DNA of 64,000 nt from Bugula neritina (lineage: Eukaryota > Animalia > Bryozoa), in assembly GCA_964035545.1 (NCBI GenBank), contig CAXIUT010000230.1:620001-684000 (forward strand). Reading direction: 5' to 3'. This document shows, piece after piece, positions 13,801 to 29,740 of this stretch. The number at the start of each line of letters is the position of its first letter. The stretch's first letter is position 1. The notes below the pieces were generated by a model, which did not search any database, was not told the DNA's origin, and was given only the letters and a program-made list of their open reading frames with translations. Position numbers and translations under genes: made by a program.

Positions 13801-16800
13801 ATATACTGCAACACACGGCAACATACTGCAACATACTAAAATAAACTGCAACATACTGAAATACACTGCAAAATACTGAAATACACTGTAACATACTGAA
13901 ATATACTGCAACATACTGAAATATACTGCTACATACTGAAATATACTGCAACACACTGCAACATACTGCAACATACTAAAATACACTGTAACATAATGAA
14001 ATACACTGCAACACATTGAAATATACTGCAAAATGCTGAAATACACTGCTATATACTGAAATATACTGCAACACACTGCAACATACTGCAACATACTAAA
14101 ATATACTGCAACATACTGAAATACACTGCAAAATACTGAAATACACTGTAACATACTGAAATATACTGCAGCATACTGAAATACACTGCTACATAATGAA
14201 ATACACGGCAACACACTGCAACATACTGAAACATACTAAAATACACTGTAACATATTGAAATACACTGCAACACAGTGAAATATACTGCAATGTGCCGAA
14301 ATATATGGTAAACTACTGAAATATACTGTCACATATTGAAAAATACTGCGACACATTGCAATATACTGTAACATACTGAAATATGCTGTAGCACACTGAA
14401 ATACACTGAAACTCACTGAAATATACTGCAACATACTGAAATACACTGTAACATATTGAAATATACTGCAACATACTGCAATATACTGAAATACACTGGA
14501 ACATATTGAAATACACTGCAACAAATTGAAGTATACTGCAACACACTGAAACACACTGAAATACACCGCAAAACACTACAACATACTGAAACATACTGCA
14601 ACATACTGAAATACACTACTACATACTGAAATATACTGCAACATACTGCACCATACTGAAATACACTGTAACATACTGAAATACACTGCAACATAATACA
14701 ATATATTGAAATACACTGCGACACATTGAAATATACTGCAACATACTGAAATATACTGCGACACATTGCAACATACTGTAACATACTGAAATATGCTGTA
14801 GCACATTGAAATACACTGCAACTCACTGAAATACACTGCAACATAGTGAAACACAGTGCTACATACTGAAATATACTGCAACATACTGAAATACACTGTA
14901 ACATACTGAAATTCACTGCAACATAGCAAAATATATATTAAACTACTGAAAAATACTTTAACACATTGAAAAATACTGCAACATACATAATTATACTGTA
15001 ACACACTGCAACATACTGCAACATACTAAAATATACTGCAACATACTGAAACACACTGCAAAATACTGAAATACACTGTAACATACTGAAATATACTGCG
15101 ACACAATGCAATATACTGTAACATACTGAAATATGCTGTAGCACACTGAAATACACTGAAACTCACTGAAATATACTGCAACATACTGAAATACACTGTA
15201 ACATATTGAAATATACTGCAACATACTGCAATATACTGAAATACACTGGAACATATTGAATTACACTGCAACAAATTGAAGTATACTGCAACACACTGAA
15301 ACACACTGAAATACACCGCAAAACACTACAACATACTGAAACATACTGCAACATACTGAAATACACTACTACATACTGAAATATACTGCAACATACTGCA
15401 CCATACTGAAATACACTGTAACATATTGAAATACACTGCAACACATTGAAATATACTGCAATGTGCCGAAATATATGGTAAACTACTGAAATATACTGTC
15501 ACATATTGAAAAATACTGCAACATACTGAAATATACTGCGACACATTGCAATATACTGTAACATACTGAAATATGCTGTAGCACATTGAAATACACTGCA
15601 ACTCACTGAAATATACTGCAACATACTGAAATACACTGTAACATATTGAAATACACTGCAACATACTGAAATACAGTGCTACATACTGAAATATACTGCA
15701 ACATACTGCAACATACTGAAATACACTGTAACAAACTGAAATACACTGCAACATACTACAACATTTTGAAACACACTGCAGCACACTGCAACATACTGCA
15801 ACATACTAACATATACTGCAACATACTGAAATACACTGCAAAATACTGAAATACACTGTAACATACTGAAATATACTGCAACATACTGAAATACACTGCT
15901 ACATACTGAAATATACTGCAACACACTGCAACATACTAAAATACACTGTAACATATTGAAATACACTGCAACACATTGAAATATACGGCAAAATACTGAA
16001 ATACACTGCTACATACTGAAATATACTGCAACACACTGCAACCTACTGCAACATACTAAAATTTACTGCAACATACTGAAATACACTGCAGAATACTGAA
16101 ATACACTGTAACATACTGAAATATACTGCAAAATACTGAAATACACTGCTACATACTGAAAAATACTGCAACACACTGAGACATACTGCAACATACTAAA
16201 ATACACTGTAACATATTGAAATACACTGCAACACATTGAAATATGCTGCAATGTACCGAAATATATGGTAAACTACTGAAATATACTGTCACACATTGAA
16301 AAATACTGACACATACTGAAATATACTGCGACACAGTGCAATATACTGTAACATACTGAAATATGCTGTAGCACACTGAAATACACTGCAACTCACTGAA
16401 ATATACTGCAACATACTGAAATACACTGTAACATATTGAAATATACTGCAACATACTGCAATACACTGCAACATACTACAACATATTGAAAGACACTGCA
16501 ACACGTTGAAATATACTGCAACATACCTAAATATACGGTAATATACCAAAATAAACTGTTACACATTGAAAAACACTGCAACATACTGAAATACACTGCA
16601 ACACACTGAAAAACACTGCAAAATACTGTATCACACTGAAATATACTGCAAAATACTGAAATACACTGCTACATACTGAAATATACTGCAACACACTGCA
16701 ACATACTGCAACATGCTAAAATATACTGCAACATACTGAAATACACTGCAAAATACTGAAATACACTGTAACATACTGAAATATACTGCAACATACTGAA

Positions 16801-16950
16801 ATGCACTCCTACATACTGAAATATACCGCAACTCACTGCAACATACTGCAACATACTAAAATACACTGTAACATATTGAAATACACTGCAACACATTGAA
16901 ATATACTGCAAAATACTGAAATACACTGCTACACACTGAAATATACTGCA

Positions 16951-19900
16951 ACACACGGCAACATACTGCAACATACTAAAATAAACTGCAACATACTGAA
17001 ATACACTGCAAAATACTGAAATACACTGTAACATACTGAAATATACTGCAACATACTGAAATATACTGCTACATACTGAAATATACTGCAACACACTGCA
17101 ACATACTGCAACATACTAAAATACACTGTAACATAATGAAATACACTGCAACACATTGAAATATACTGCAAAATGCTGAAATACACTGCTATATACTGAA
17201 ATATACTGCAACACACTGCAACATACTGCAACATACTAAAATATACTGCAACATACTGAAATACACTGCAAAATACTGAAATACACTGTAACATACTGAA
17301 ATATACTGCAACATACTGAAATACACTGCTACATAATGAAATACACGGCAACACACTGCAACATACTGAAACATACTAAAATACACTGTAACATATTGAA
17401 ATACACTGCAACACAGTGAAATATACTGCAATGTGCCGAAATATATGGTAAACTACTGAAATATACTGTCACATATTGAAAAATACTGCGACACATTGCA
17501 ATATACTGTAACATACTGAAATATGCTGTAGCACACTGAAATACACTGAAACTCACTGAAATATACTGCAACATACTGAAATACACTGTAACATATTGAA
17601 ATATACTGCAACATACTGCAATATACTGAAATACACTGGAACATATTGAAATACACTGCAACAAATTGAAGTATACTGCAACACACTGAAACACACTGAA
17701 ATACACCGCAAAACACTACAACATACTGAAACATACTGCAACATACTGAAATACACTACTACATACTGAAATATACTGCAACATACTGCACCATACTGAA
17801 ATACACTGTAACATACTGAAATACACTGCAACATAATACAATATATTGAAATACACTGCGACACATTGAAATATACTGCAACATACTGAAATATACTGCG
17901 ACACATTGCAACATACTGTAACATACTGAAATATGCTGTAGCACATTGAAATACACTGCAACTCACTGAAATACACTGCAACATAGTGAAACACAGTGCT
18001 ACATACTGAAACATACTGCAACATACTGAAATACACTGTAACATACTGAAATTCACTGCAACATACTACAACATTTTGAAATACACTGCAACACATTGAA
18101 ATATACTGCAACATACCTAAATATACGGTAATATACCAAAATATACTGTAACATCTTGAAAAATACTGCAACATACTGAAATACACTCCAACACACTGAA
18201 AAACACTGCAAAATACTGTAACACACTGAAATATACTGCAACACAGTGCAACATACTGCAACATACTAAAATATACTGCAACATACTGAAATACACTGCA
18301 AAATACTTAAATACACTGTAACATACTGACATACACTGCAAAATACTACAAAATATTGAAATACACTGCAATACATTGAAATATACTGCAACATACCTAA
18401 ATATACGGTAATATACTGAAATACACTGTAACACATTGAAAAATACTGCAAAATACCGAATTACACTGCAACATACTACAACATACTGAAATACGCTGTA
18501 ATACATTGAAATACACTGCAACACATTGAAATATACTGTAACTCGCTGAAACATACTGTAACTCACTGAAATATAGTGTAATATACGGAAATATACTGTA
18601 AAATACTAGAATATACTGTAACATACTGAAATATACTGCAACTCACTGCAACATACTGCAACATACTAAAATACACTGTAACATATTGAAATAGACTGCA
18701 ACACATTGAAATATACTGCAACACACGGCAACATACTGCAACATACTAAAATAAACTGCAACATACTGAAATACACTGCAAAATACTGAAATACACTGTA
18801 ACATACTGAAATATACTGCAACATACTGAAATATACTGCTACATACTGAAATATACTGCAACACACTGCAACATACTGCAACATACTAAAATACACTGTA
18901 ACATAATGAAATACACTGCAACACATTGAAATATACTGCTAAATACTGAAATACACTGCTATATACTGAAATATACTGCAACACACTGCAACATACTGCA
19001 ACATACTAAAATATACTGCAACATACTGAAATACACTGCAAAATACTGAAATACACTGTAACATACTGAAATATACTGCAACATACTGAAATACACTGCT
19101 ACATACTGAAATACACGGCAACACACTGCAACATACTGAAACATACTAAAATACACTGTAACATATTGAAATACACTGCAACACAGTGAAATATACTGCA
19201 ATGTGCCGAAATATATGGTAAACTACTGAAATATACTGTCACATATTGAAAAATACTGCGACACATTGCAATATACTGTAACATACTGAAATATGCTGTA
19301 GCACACTGAAATACACTGAAACTCACTGAAAGATACTGCAACATACTGAAATACACTGTAACATATTGAAATATACTGCAACATACTGCAATATACTGAA
19401 ATACACTGGAACATATTGAAATACACTGCAACAAATTGAAGTATACTGCAAAATACTGAAATACACTGCTACACACTGAAATATACTGCAACACACGGCA
19501 ACATACTGCAACATACTAAAATAAACTGCAACATACTGAAATACACTGCAAAATACTGAAATACACTGTAACATACTGAAATATACTGCAACATACTGAA
19601 ATACACTGCTACATACTGAAAAATACTGCAACACACTGCGACATACTGCAACATACTAAAATACACTGTAACATATTGAAATACACTGCAACACATTGAA
19701 ATATGCTGCAATGTACCTAAATATATGGTAAACTACTGAAATATACTGTCACACATTGAAAAATACTGACACATACTGAAATATACTGCGACACAGTGCA
19801 ATATACTGTAACATACTGAATTATGCTGTAGCACACTGAAATACACTGCAACTCACTGAAATATACTGCAACATACTGAAATACACTGCAACATATTGAA

Positions 19901-22050
19901 ATATACTGCAACATACTGCAATACACTGCAACATACTACAACATATTGAAAGACACTGCAACACATTGAAATATACTGCAACATACCTAAATATACGGTA
20001 ATATACCAAAATAAACTGTTACACATTGAAAAATACTGCAACATACTGAAATACACTGCAACACACTGAAAAACACTGCAAAATACTGTAACACACTGAA
20101 ATATACTGCAAAATACTGAAATACACTGCTACATACTGAAATATACTGCAACACACTGCAACATACTGCAACATGCTAAAATATACTGCAACATACTGAA
20201 ATACACTGCAAAATACTGAAATACACTGTAACATACTGAAATATACTGCAACATACTGAAGTACACTCCTACATACTGAAATATACTGCAACTCACTGCA
20301 ACATACTGCAACATACTAAAATACACTGTAACATATTGAAATAGACTGCAACACATTGAAATATACTGCAACACACGGCAACATACTGCAACATACTAAA
20401 ATAAACTGCAACATACTGAAATACACTGCAAAATACTGAAATACACTGTAACATACTGAAATATACTGCAACATACTGAAATATACTGCTACATACTGAA
20501 ATATACTGCAACACACTGCAACATACTGCAACATACTAAAATACACTGTAACATAATGAAATACACTGCAACACATTGAAATATACTGCAAAATACTGAA
20601 ATACACTGCTATATACTGAAATATACTGCAACACACTGCAACATACTGCAACATACTAAAATATACTGCAACATACTGAAATACACTGCAAAATACTGAA
20701 ATACACTGTAACATACTGAAATATACTGCAACATACTGAAATACACTGCTACATACTGAAATACACGGCAACACACTGCAACATACTGAAACATACTAAA
20801 ATACACTGTAACATATTGAAATACACTGCAACACAGTGAAATATACTGCAATGTGCCGAAATATATGGTAAACTACTGAAATATACTGTCACATATTGAA
20901 AAATACTGCGACACATTGCAATATACTGTAACATACTGAAATATGCTGTAGCACACTGAAATACACTGAAACTCACTGAAATATACTGCAACATACTGAA
21001 ATACACTGTAACATATTGAAACATACTGCAACATACTGCAATATACTGAAATACACTGGAACATATTGAAATACACTGCAACAAATTGAAGTATACTGCA
21101 ACACACTGAAACACACTGAAATACACCGCAAAACACTACAACATACTGAAACATACTGCAACATACTGAAATACACTACTACATACTGAAATATACTGCA
21201 ACATACTGCACCATACTGAAATACACTGTAACATACTGAAATACACTGCAACATAATACAATATATTGAAATACACTGCGACACATTGAAATATACTGCA
21301 ACATACTGAAATATACTGCGACACATTGCAACATACTGTAACATACTGAAATATGCTGTAGCACATTGAAATACACTGCAACTCACTGAAATACACTGCA
21401 ACATAGTGAAACACAGTGCTACATACTGAAATATACTGCAACATACTGCAACATACTGAAATACACTGTAACATACTGAAATTCACTGCAACATACTACA
21501 ACATTTTGAAATACACTGCAACACATTGAAATATACTGAAACATACCTAAATATACGGTAATATACCAAAATATACTGTAACATCTTGAAAAATACTGCA
21601 ACAGACTGAAATACACTCCAACACACTGAAAAACACTGCAAAATACTGTAACACACTGAAATATACTGCAACACAGTGCAACATACTGCAACATACTAAA
21701 ATATACTGCAACATACTGAAATACACTGCAAAATACTTAAATACACTGTAACATACTGAAATACACTGCAAAATACTACAAAATATTGAAATACACTGCA
21801 ATACATTGAAATATACTGCAACATACCTAAATATACGGTAATATACTGAAATACACTGTAACACATTGAAAAATACTGCAAAATACCGAATTACACTGCA
21901 ACATACTACAACATACTGAAATACGCTGTAATACATTGAAATACACTGCAACACATTGAAATATACTGTAACTCACTGAAACATACTGTAACTCACTGAA
22001 ATATAGTGTAATATACGGAAATATACTGTAAAATACTGGAATATACTGTA
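16951..22050. repeat. Segmental duplication within the satellite: ~16951-18620 repeated at ~20371-22050 (offset 3420-3430)
   Basis: Matching ORFs 17329/20749, 18053/21483 and 18266/21696. Shared rare words acatcttgaa, atacactcca, aaatacttaa, atatacggaa. Confidence 0.85.
18621..21100. repeat. 830-bp block duplicated at offset 1650 (18621-19450 and 20271-21100)
   Basis: Both copies share atagactgca and the same 40-bp deletion joining atatactgca to acacacggca (18721/20371). ORFs 18643/20293 and 18959/20609. Confidence 0.88.
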
Positions 22051-25000
22051 ACACACTGAAATATACTGCAACATAATGAAATACACTGTAACATACTGAA
22101 ATACACTGCAACATCCCGCAACATATTGAAATACACTGCAGCACACTGCAACATACTGCAACATACTAACATATACTGCAACATACTGAAATACACTGCA
22201 AAATACTGAAATACACTGTAACATACTGAAATATACTGCAACATACTGAAATACACTGCTACATACTGAAATATACTGCAACATACTGCAACATACTAAA
22301 ATACACTGTAACATATTGAAATACACTGCAACACATTGAAATATACGGCAAATACTGAAATACACTGCTACATACTGAAATATACTGCAACACACTGCAA
22401 CATACTGCAACATACTAAAATTTACTGCAACATACTGAAATACACTGCAGAATACTGAAATACACTGTAACATACTGAAATATACTGCAAAATACTGAAA
22501 TACACTGCTACATACTGAAAAATACTGCAACACACTGCGACATACTGCAACATACTAAAATACACTGTAACATATTGAAATACACTGCAACACATTGAAA
22601 TATGCTGCAATGTACCTAAATATATGGTAAACTACTGAAATATACTATCACACATTGAAAAATACTGACACATACTGAAATATACTGCGACACAGTGCAA
22701 TATACTGTAACATACTGAATTATGCTGTAGCACACTGAAATACACTGCAACTCACTGAAATATACTGCAACATACTGAAATACACTGCAACATATTGAAA
22801 TATACTGCAACATACTGCAATACACTGCAACATACTACAACATATTGAAAGACACTGCAACACATTGAAATATACTGCAACATACCTAAATATACGGTAA
22901 TATACCAAAATAAACTGTTACACATTGAAAAATACTGCAACATACTGAAATACACTGCAACACACTGAAAAACACTGCAAAATACTGTAACACACTGAAA
23001 TATACTGCAAAATACTGAAATACACTGCTACATACTGAAATATACTGCAACACACTGCAACATACTGCAACATGCTAAAATATACTGCAACATACTGAAA
23101 TACACTGCAAAATACTGAAATACACTGTAACATACTGAAATATACTGCAACATACTGAAGTACACTCCTACATACTGAAATATACTGCAACTCACTGCAA
23201 CATACTGCAACATACTAAAATACACTGTAACATATTGAAATAGACTGCAACACATTGAAATATACTGCAAAATACTGAAATACACTGCTACACACTGAAA
23301 TATACTGCAACACACGGCAACATACTGCAACATGCTAAAATAAACTGCAACATACTGAAATACACTGCAAAATACTGAAATACACTGTAACATACTGAAA
23401 TATACTGCAACATACTGAAATATACTGCTACATACTGAAATATACTGCAACACACTGCAACATACTGCAACAAACTAAAATACACTGTAACATAATGAAA
23501 TACACTGCAACACATTGAAATATACTGCAAAATACAGAAATACACTGCTATATACTGAAATATACTGCAACACACTGCAACATACTGCAACATACTAAAA
23601 TATACTGCAACATACTGAAATACACTGCAAAATACTGAAATACACTGTAACATACTGAAATATACTGCAACATACTGAAATACACTGCTACATACTGAAA
23701 TATACGGCAACACACTGCAACATACTGAAACATACTAAAATACACTGTAACATACTGAAATACACTGCAACACAGTGAAATATACTGCAATGTGCCGAAA
23801 TATATGGTAAACTACTGAAATATACTGTCACATATTGAAAAATACTGCAACATACTGAAATATACTGCGACACATTGCAATATACTGTAACATACTGAAA
23901 TATGCTGTAGCACATTGAAATACACTGCAACTCACTGAAATATACTGCAACATACTGAAATACACTGTAACATATTGAAATACACTGCAACATACTGAAA
24001 TACAGTGCTACATACTGAAATATACTGCAACATACTGCAACATACTGAAATACACTGTAACAAACTGAAATACACTGCAACATACTACAACATTTTGAAA
24101 CACACTGCAGCACACTGCAACATACTGCAACATACTAACATATACTGCAACATACTGAAATACACTGCAAAATACTGAAATACACTGTAACATACTGAAA
24201 TATACTGCAACATACTGAAATACACTGCTACATACTGAAATATACTGCAACATACTGCAACATACTAAAATACACTGTAACATATTGAAATACACTGCAA
24301 CACATTGAAATATACGGCAAAATACTGAAATACACTGCTACATACTGAAATATACTGCAACACACTGCAACCTACTGCAACATACTAAAATTTACTGCAA
24401 CATACTGAAATACACTGCAGAATACTGAAATACACTGTAACATACTGAAATATACTGCAAAATACTGAAATACACTGCTACATACTGAAAAATACTGCAA
24501 CACACTGAGACATACTGCAACATACTAAAATACACTGTAACATATTGAAATACACTGCAACACATTGAAGTATGCTGCAATGTACCGAAATATATGGTAA
24601 ACTACTGAAATATACTGTCACACATTGAAAAACACTGACACATACTAAAATATACTGCGACACAGTGCAATATACTGTAACATACTGAAATATGCTGTAG
24701 CACACTGAAATACACTGCAACTCACTGAAATATACTGCAACATACTGAAATACACTGTAACATATTGAAATATACTGCAACATACTGCAATACACTGCAA
24801 CATACTACAACATATTGAAAGACACTGCAACACATTGAAATATACTGCAACATACCTAAATATACGGTAATATACCAAAATAAACTGTTACACATTGAAA
24901 AACACTGCAACATACTGAAATACACTGCAACACACTGAAAAACACTGCAAAATACTGTAACACACTGAAATATACTGCAAAATACTGAAATACACTGCTA

Positions 25001-27250
25001 CATACTGAAATATACTGCAACACACTGCAACATACTGCAACATGCTAAAATATACTGCAACATACTGAAATACACTGCAAAATACTGAAATACACTGTAA
25101 CATACTGAAATATACTGCAACATACTGAAGTGCACTCCTACATACTGAAATATACTGCAACTCACTGCAACATACTGCAACATACTAAAATACACTGTAA
25201 CATATTGAAATACACTGCAACACATTGAAATATACTGCAAAATACTGAACTACACTGCTACACACTGAAATATACTGCAACACACGGCAACATACTGCAA
25301 TATACTAAAATAAACTGCAACATACTGAAATACACTGCAAAATACTGAAATACACTGTAACATACTGAAATATACTGCAACATACTGAAATATACTGCTA
25401 CATACTGAAATATACTGCAACACACTGCAACATACTGCAACATACTAAAATACACTGTAACATAATGAAATACACTGCAACACATTGGAATATACTGCAA
25501 AATACTGAAATACACTGCTATATACTTAAATATACTGCAACACACTGCAACATACTGCAACATACTAAAATATACTGCAACATACTGAAATACACTGCAA
25601 AATACTGAAATACACTGTAACATACTGAAATATACTGCAACATACTGAAATACACTGCTACATACTGAAATACACGGCAACACACTGCAACATACTGAAA
25701 CATACTAAAATACACTGTAACATATTGAAATACACTGCAACACAGTGAAATATACTGCAATGTGCCGAAATATATGGTAAACTACTGAAATATACTGTCA
25801 CATATTGAAAAATACTGCGACACATTGCAATATACTGTAACATACTGAAATATGCTGTAGCACATTGAAATACACTGCAACTCACTGAAATATACTGCAA
25901 CATACTGAAATACGCTGTAATACATTGAAATACACTGCAACACATTGAAATATACTGTAACTCGCTGAAACATACTGTAACTCACTGAAATATAGTGTAA
26001 TATACGGAAATATACTGTAAAATACTGGAATATACTGTAACACACTGAAATATACTGCAACATAATGAAATACACTGTAACATACTGAAATACACTGCAA
26101 CATCCCGCAACATATTGAAATACACTGCAGCACACTGCAACATACTGCAACATACTAACATATACTGCAACATACTGAAATACACTGCAAAAAACTGAAA
26201 TACACTGTAACATACTGAAATATACTGCAACATACTGAAATACACTGCTACATACTGAAATATACTGCAACATACTGCAACATACTAAAATACACTGTAA
26301 CATATTGAAATACACTGCAACACATTGAAATATACGGCAAATACTGAAATACACTGCTACATACTGAAATATACTGCAACACACTGCAACATACTGCAAC
26401 ATATTAAAATTTACTGCAACATACTGAAATACACTGCAGAATACTGAAATACACTGTAACATACTGAAATATACTGCAAAATACTGAAATACACTGCTAC
26501 ATACTGAAAAATACTGCAACACGCTGCGACATACTGCAACATACTAAAATACACTGTAACATATTGAAATACACTGCAACACATTGAAATATGCTGCAAT
26601 GTACCTAAATATATGGTAAACTACTGAAATATACTGTCACACATTGAAAAATACTGACACATACTGAAATATACTGTGACACAGTGCAATATACTGTAAC
26701 ATACTGAATTATGCTGTAGCACACTGAAATACACTGCAACTCACTGAAATATACTGCAACATATTGAAAGACACTGCAACACATTGAAATATGCTGCAAC
26801 ATACCTAAATATACGGTAATATACCAAAATAAACTGTTACACATTGAAAAATACTGCAACATACTGAAATACACTGCAACACACTGAAAAACACTGCAAA
26901 ATACTGTAACACACTGAAATATACTGCAAAATACTGAAATACACTGCTACATACTGAAATATACTGCAACACACTGCAACATACTGCAACATGCTAAAAT
27001 ATACTGCAACATACTGAAATACACTGCAAAAAACTGAAATACACTGTAACATACTGAAATATACTGCAACATACTGAAGTACACTCCTACATACTGAAAT
27101 ATACTGCAACTCACTGCAACATACTGCAACATACTAAAATACACTGTAACATATTAAAATACACTGCAACACATTGAAATATACTGCAAAATACTGAAAT
27201 ACACTGCTACACACTGAAATATACTGCAACACCCGGCAACATACTGCAAC
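21911..27250. repeat. Duplication at offset 3989 (~21911-23300 and ~25900-27250) carrying the same 1-bp deletion
   Basis: atacgctgta at 21921/25910. acatcccgca in both copies. The -1 allele atatacggca|aatactg at 22351/26341. ORFs 21993/25982 and 22422/26411. The offset falls to 3919 after a 70-bp deletion. Confidence 0.87.
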
Positions 27251-29740
27251 ATACTAAAATAAACTGCAACATACTGAAATACACTGCAAAATACTGAAAT
27301 ACACTGTAACATACTGAAATATACTGCAACATACTGAAATACACTGCTACATACTGAAATATCTGGCAACACACTGCAACATACTGAAACATACTAAAAT
27401 ACACTGTAACATATTGAAATACACTGCAACACAGTGAAATATACTGCAATGTGCCGAAATATATGGTAAACTACTGAAATATACTGTCACATATTGAAAA
27501 ATACTGCAACATACTGAAATATACTGCGACACATTGCAATATACTGTAACATACTGAAATATGCTGTAGCACATTGAAATACACTGCAACTCACTGAAAT
27601 ATACTGCAACATACTGAAATACACTGTAACATATTGAGATACACTGCAACATACTGAAATACAGTGCTACATACTGAAATATACTGCAACATACTGCAAC
27701 ATACTGAAATACACTGTAACAAACTAAAATACACTGCAACATACTACAACATTTTGAAACACACTGCAGCACACTGCAACATACTGCAACATACTAACAT
27801 ATACTGCAACATACTGAAATACACTGCAAAATACTGAAATACACTGTAACATACTGAAATATACTGCAACATACTGAAATACACTGCTACATACTGAAAT
27901 ATACTGCAACATACTGCAACATACTAAAATACACTGCAACACATTGAAATATACGGCAAAATACTGAAATACACTGCTACATACTGAAATATACTGCAAC
28001 ACACTGCAACCTACTGCAACATACTAAAATTTACTGCAACATACTGAAATACACTTCAGAATACTGAAATACACTGTAACATACTGAAATATACTGCAAC
28101 ATACTGAAATATACTTCGGCACATTGCAATATACTGCAGCATACTGAAATATGCTGTAGCCTACTGAAATACACTGCATTATACTGAAATACACTGCTAC
28201 ATACTGAAATATACTGCAACATACTGAAATACACTGTAATATGCTGAATTACACTGCAACACATTGAAATATACTGCAACATAGCAAAATATATAATAAA
28301 CTACTGAAAAATACTTCAACACATTGAAAAATACTGCAACATACATAATTATACTGTAACACACTGAAATATACTGCAACATACTGAAATACACTGTAAA
28401 ATACTGGAATATAGTGCAACATACTGAAATACACTGCTACATACTGAAATATACTGCAACATACTGCAACATACTGAAAAACACTGTAACATACTGAAAT
28501 ACACTGCAACATACTACAACATATTGAAAAACACTGCAACACATTGAATATACTGCAACATACCTAAAAATGCGGTAATATACTGAAATAAACTATAACA
28601 CATTGAAAATACTGCAACATACTGAAATACACTGCAACACACCGAAATACACTGCAAAATAAAACAACATACTGAAATACACTGTAACATATTGAAATAC
28701 ACTGTAACACATTGAAATATACTGCAACATACCGAGATATATTGTAAACTACTGAAATATACTGTAACACATTGAAAAATACTGCAACATACTGAAAGTT
28801 ACTGCGACACATTGCAATATACTGTAACATACTGAAATATGCTGTAGCACACTGAAATACACTGCAACTCACTGAAATATACTGCAAAATACTGAAATAC
28901 ACTAAAACATATTGAAAAATACTGCAACATACTGAAATACACTGTAACATACTGAAATACACTGCAAAATACTACAACATATTGAAATACACTGCAACAT
29001 ACCTAAATATACGGTAAGATACTGAAATATACTGTAACACATTGAAAAGTACAGCAACATACTGAAAGATACTGCAAGATACTGCAACATACTAAAATAC
29101 ACTGTAACATAATGAAACACACTGCAACATACTGCATTATACTGACATACACTGGAACATAATGAAATACACTGCAACAAATTGAAGTATACTGCAACAC
29201 ACCGAAACATACGGCAACATACTGAAATATACTGCGACAGATTGAAATGTACAGCAACATACTGAAATTTACTGCGACACATTGCAATATACTGCAACAT
29301 ACTGAAATACGCGGTAATATATTGAAATACACTGCAACACATTGAAATATACTGTAACTCGCTGAAATATAGTGTAATATACGGAAATGTACTGTAACAT
29401 ACTGGAATATACTGTAACACACTGAAGTATACTGCCACATACTGAAATGCAGTGCTACATACTGAAATATACTGCAACATACTGCAACATACTGAAATAC
29501 ACTGTAACATACTGAAATACACTGCAACATACTACAACATACTGAAATACACTGCGACACATTGCAATATACTGAAACATACTGAAATATGCTGTAGCAC
29601 ACTGAAACACACTGCAACTCACTGAAATATACTGCAACATACTGAAATACACTGTGACATACTGTAATATACTGCGACATACTGCACCATACTGAAATAC
29701 ACTGTAACATACTGAAACACACTGCAACACATTGACATAT

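Larger units (their letters stand above)
2361..14920. repeat. 6280-bp super-HOR (A+B haplotype pair) x 2
   Basis: A markers: atatagtgcg acgcattgca 2971/9251, acccattgaa 3731/10011, gtgcactcct 4241/10521, ataaaccgca 4421/10701, gcacaatgaa 5381/11661. B markers: acacgttgaa 7081/13361/16501, atgcactcct 7381/13661/16801, acatagtgaa acacagtgct 8561/14841/17981. Confidence 0.95.
2361..18060. repeat. Higher-order repeat, 3140 bp (314 monomers) x 5 near-identical copies
   Basis: Landmark acatagcaaa atatatatta aactactgaa aaatacttta at 2361, 5501, 8641, 11781 and 14921. Identical ORFs at 2603, 5743, 8883, 12023 and 15163. The periodicity breaks at 18061. Confidence 0.97.
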
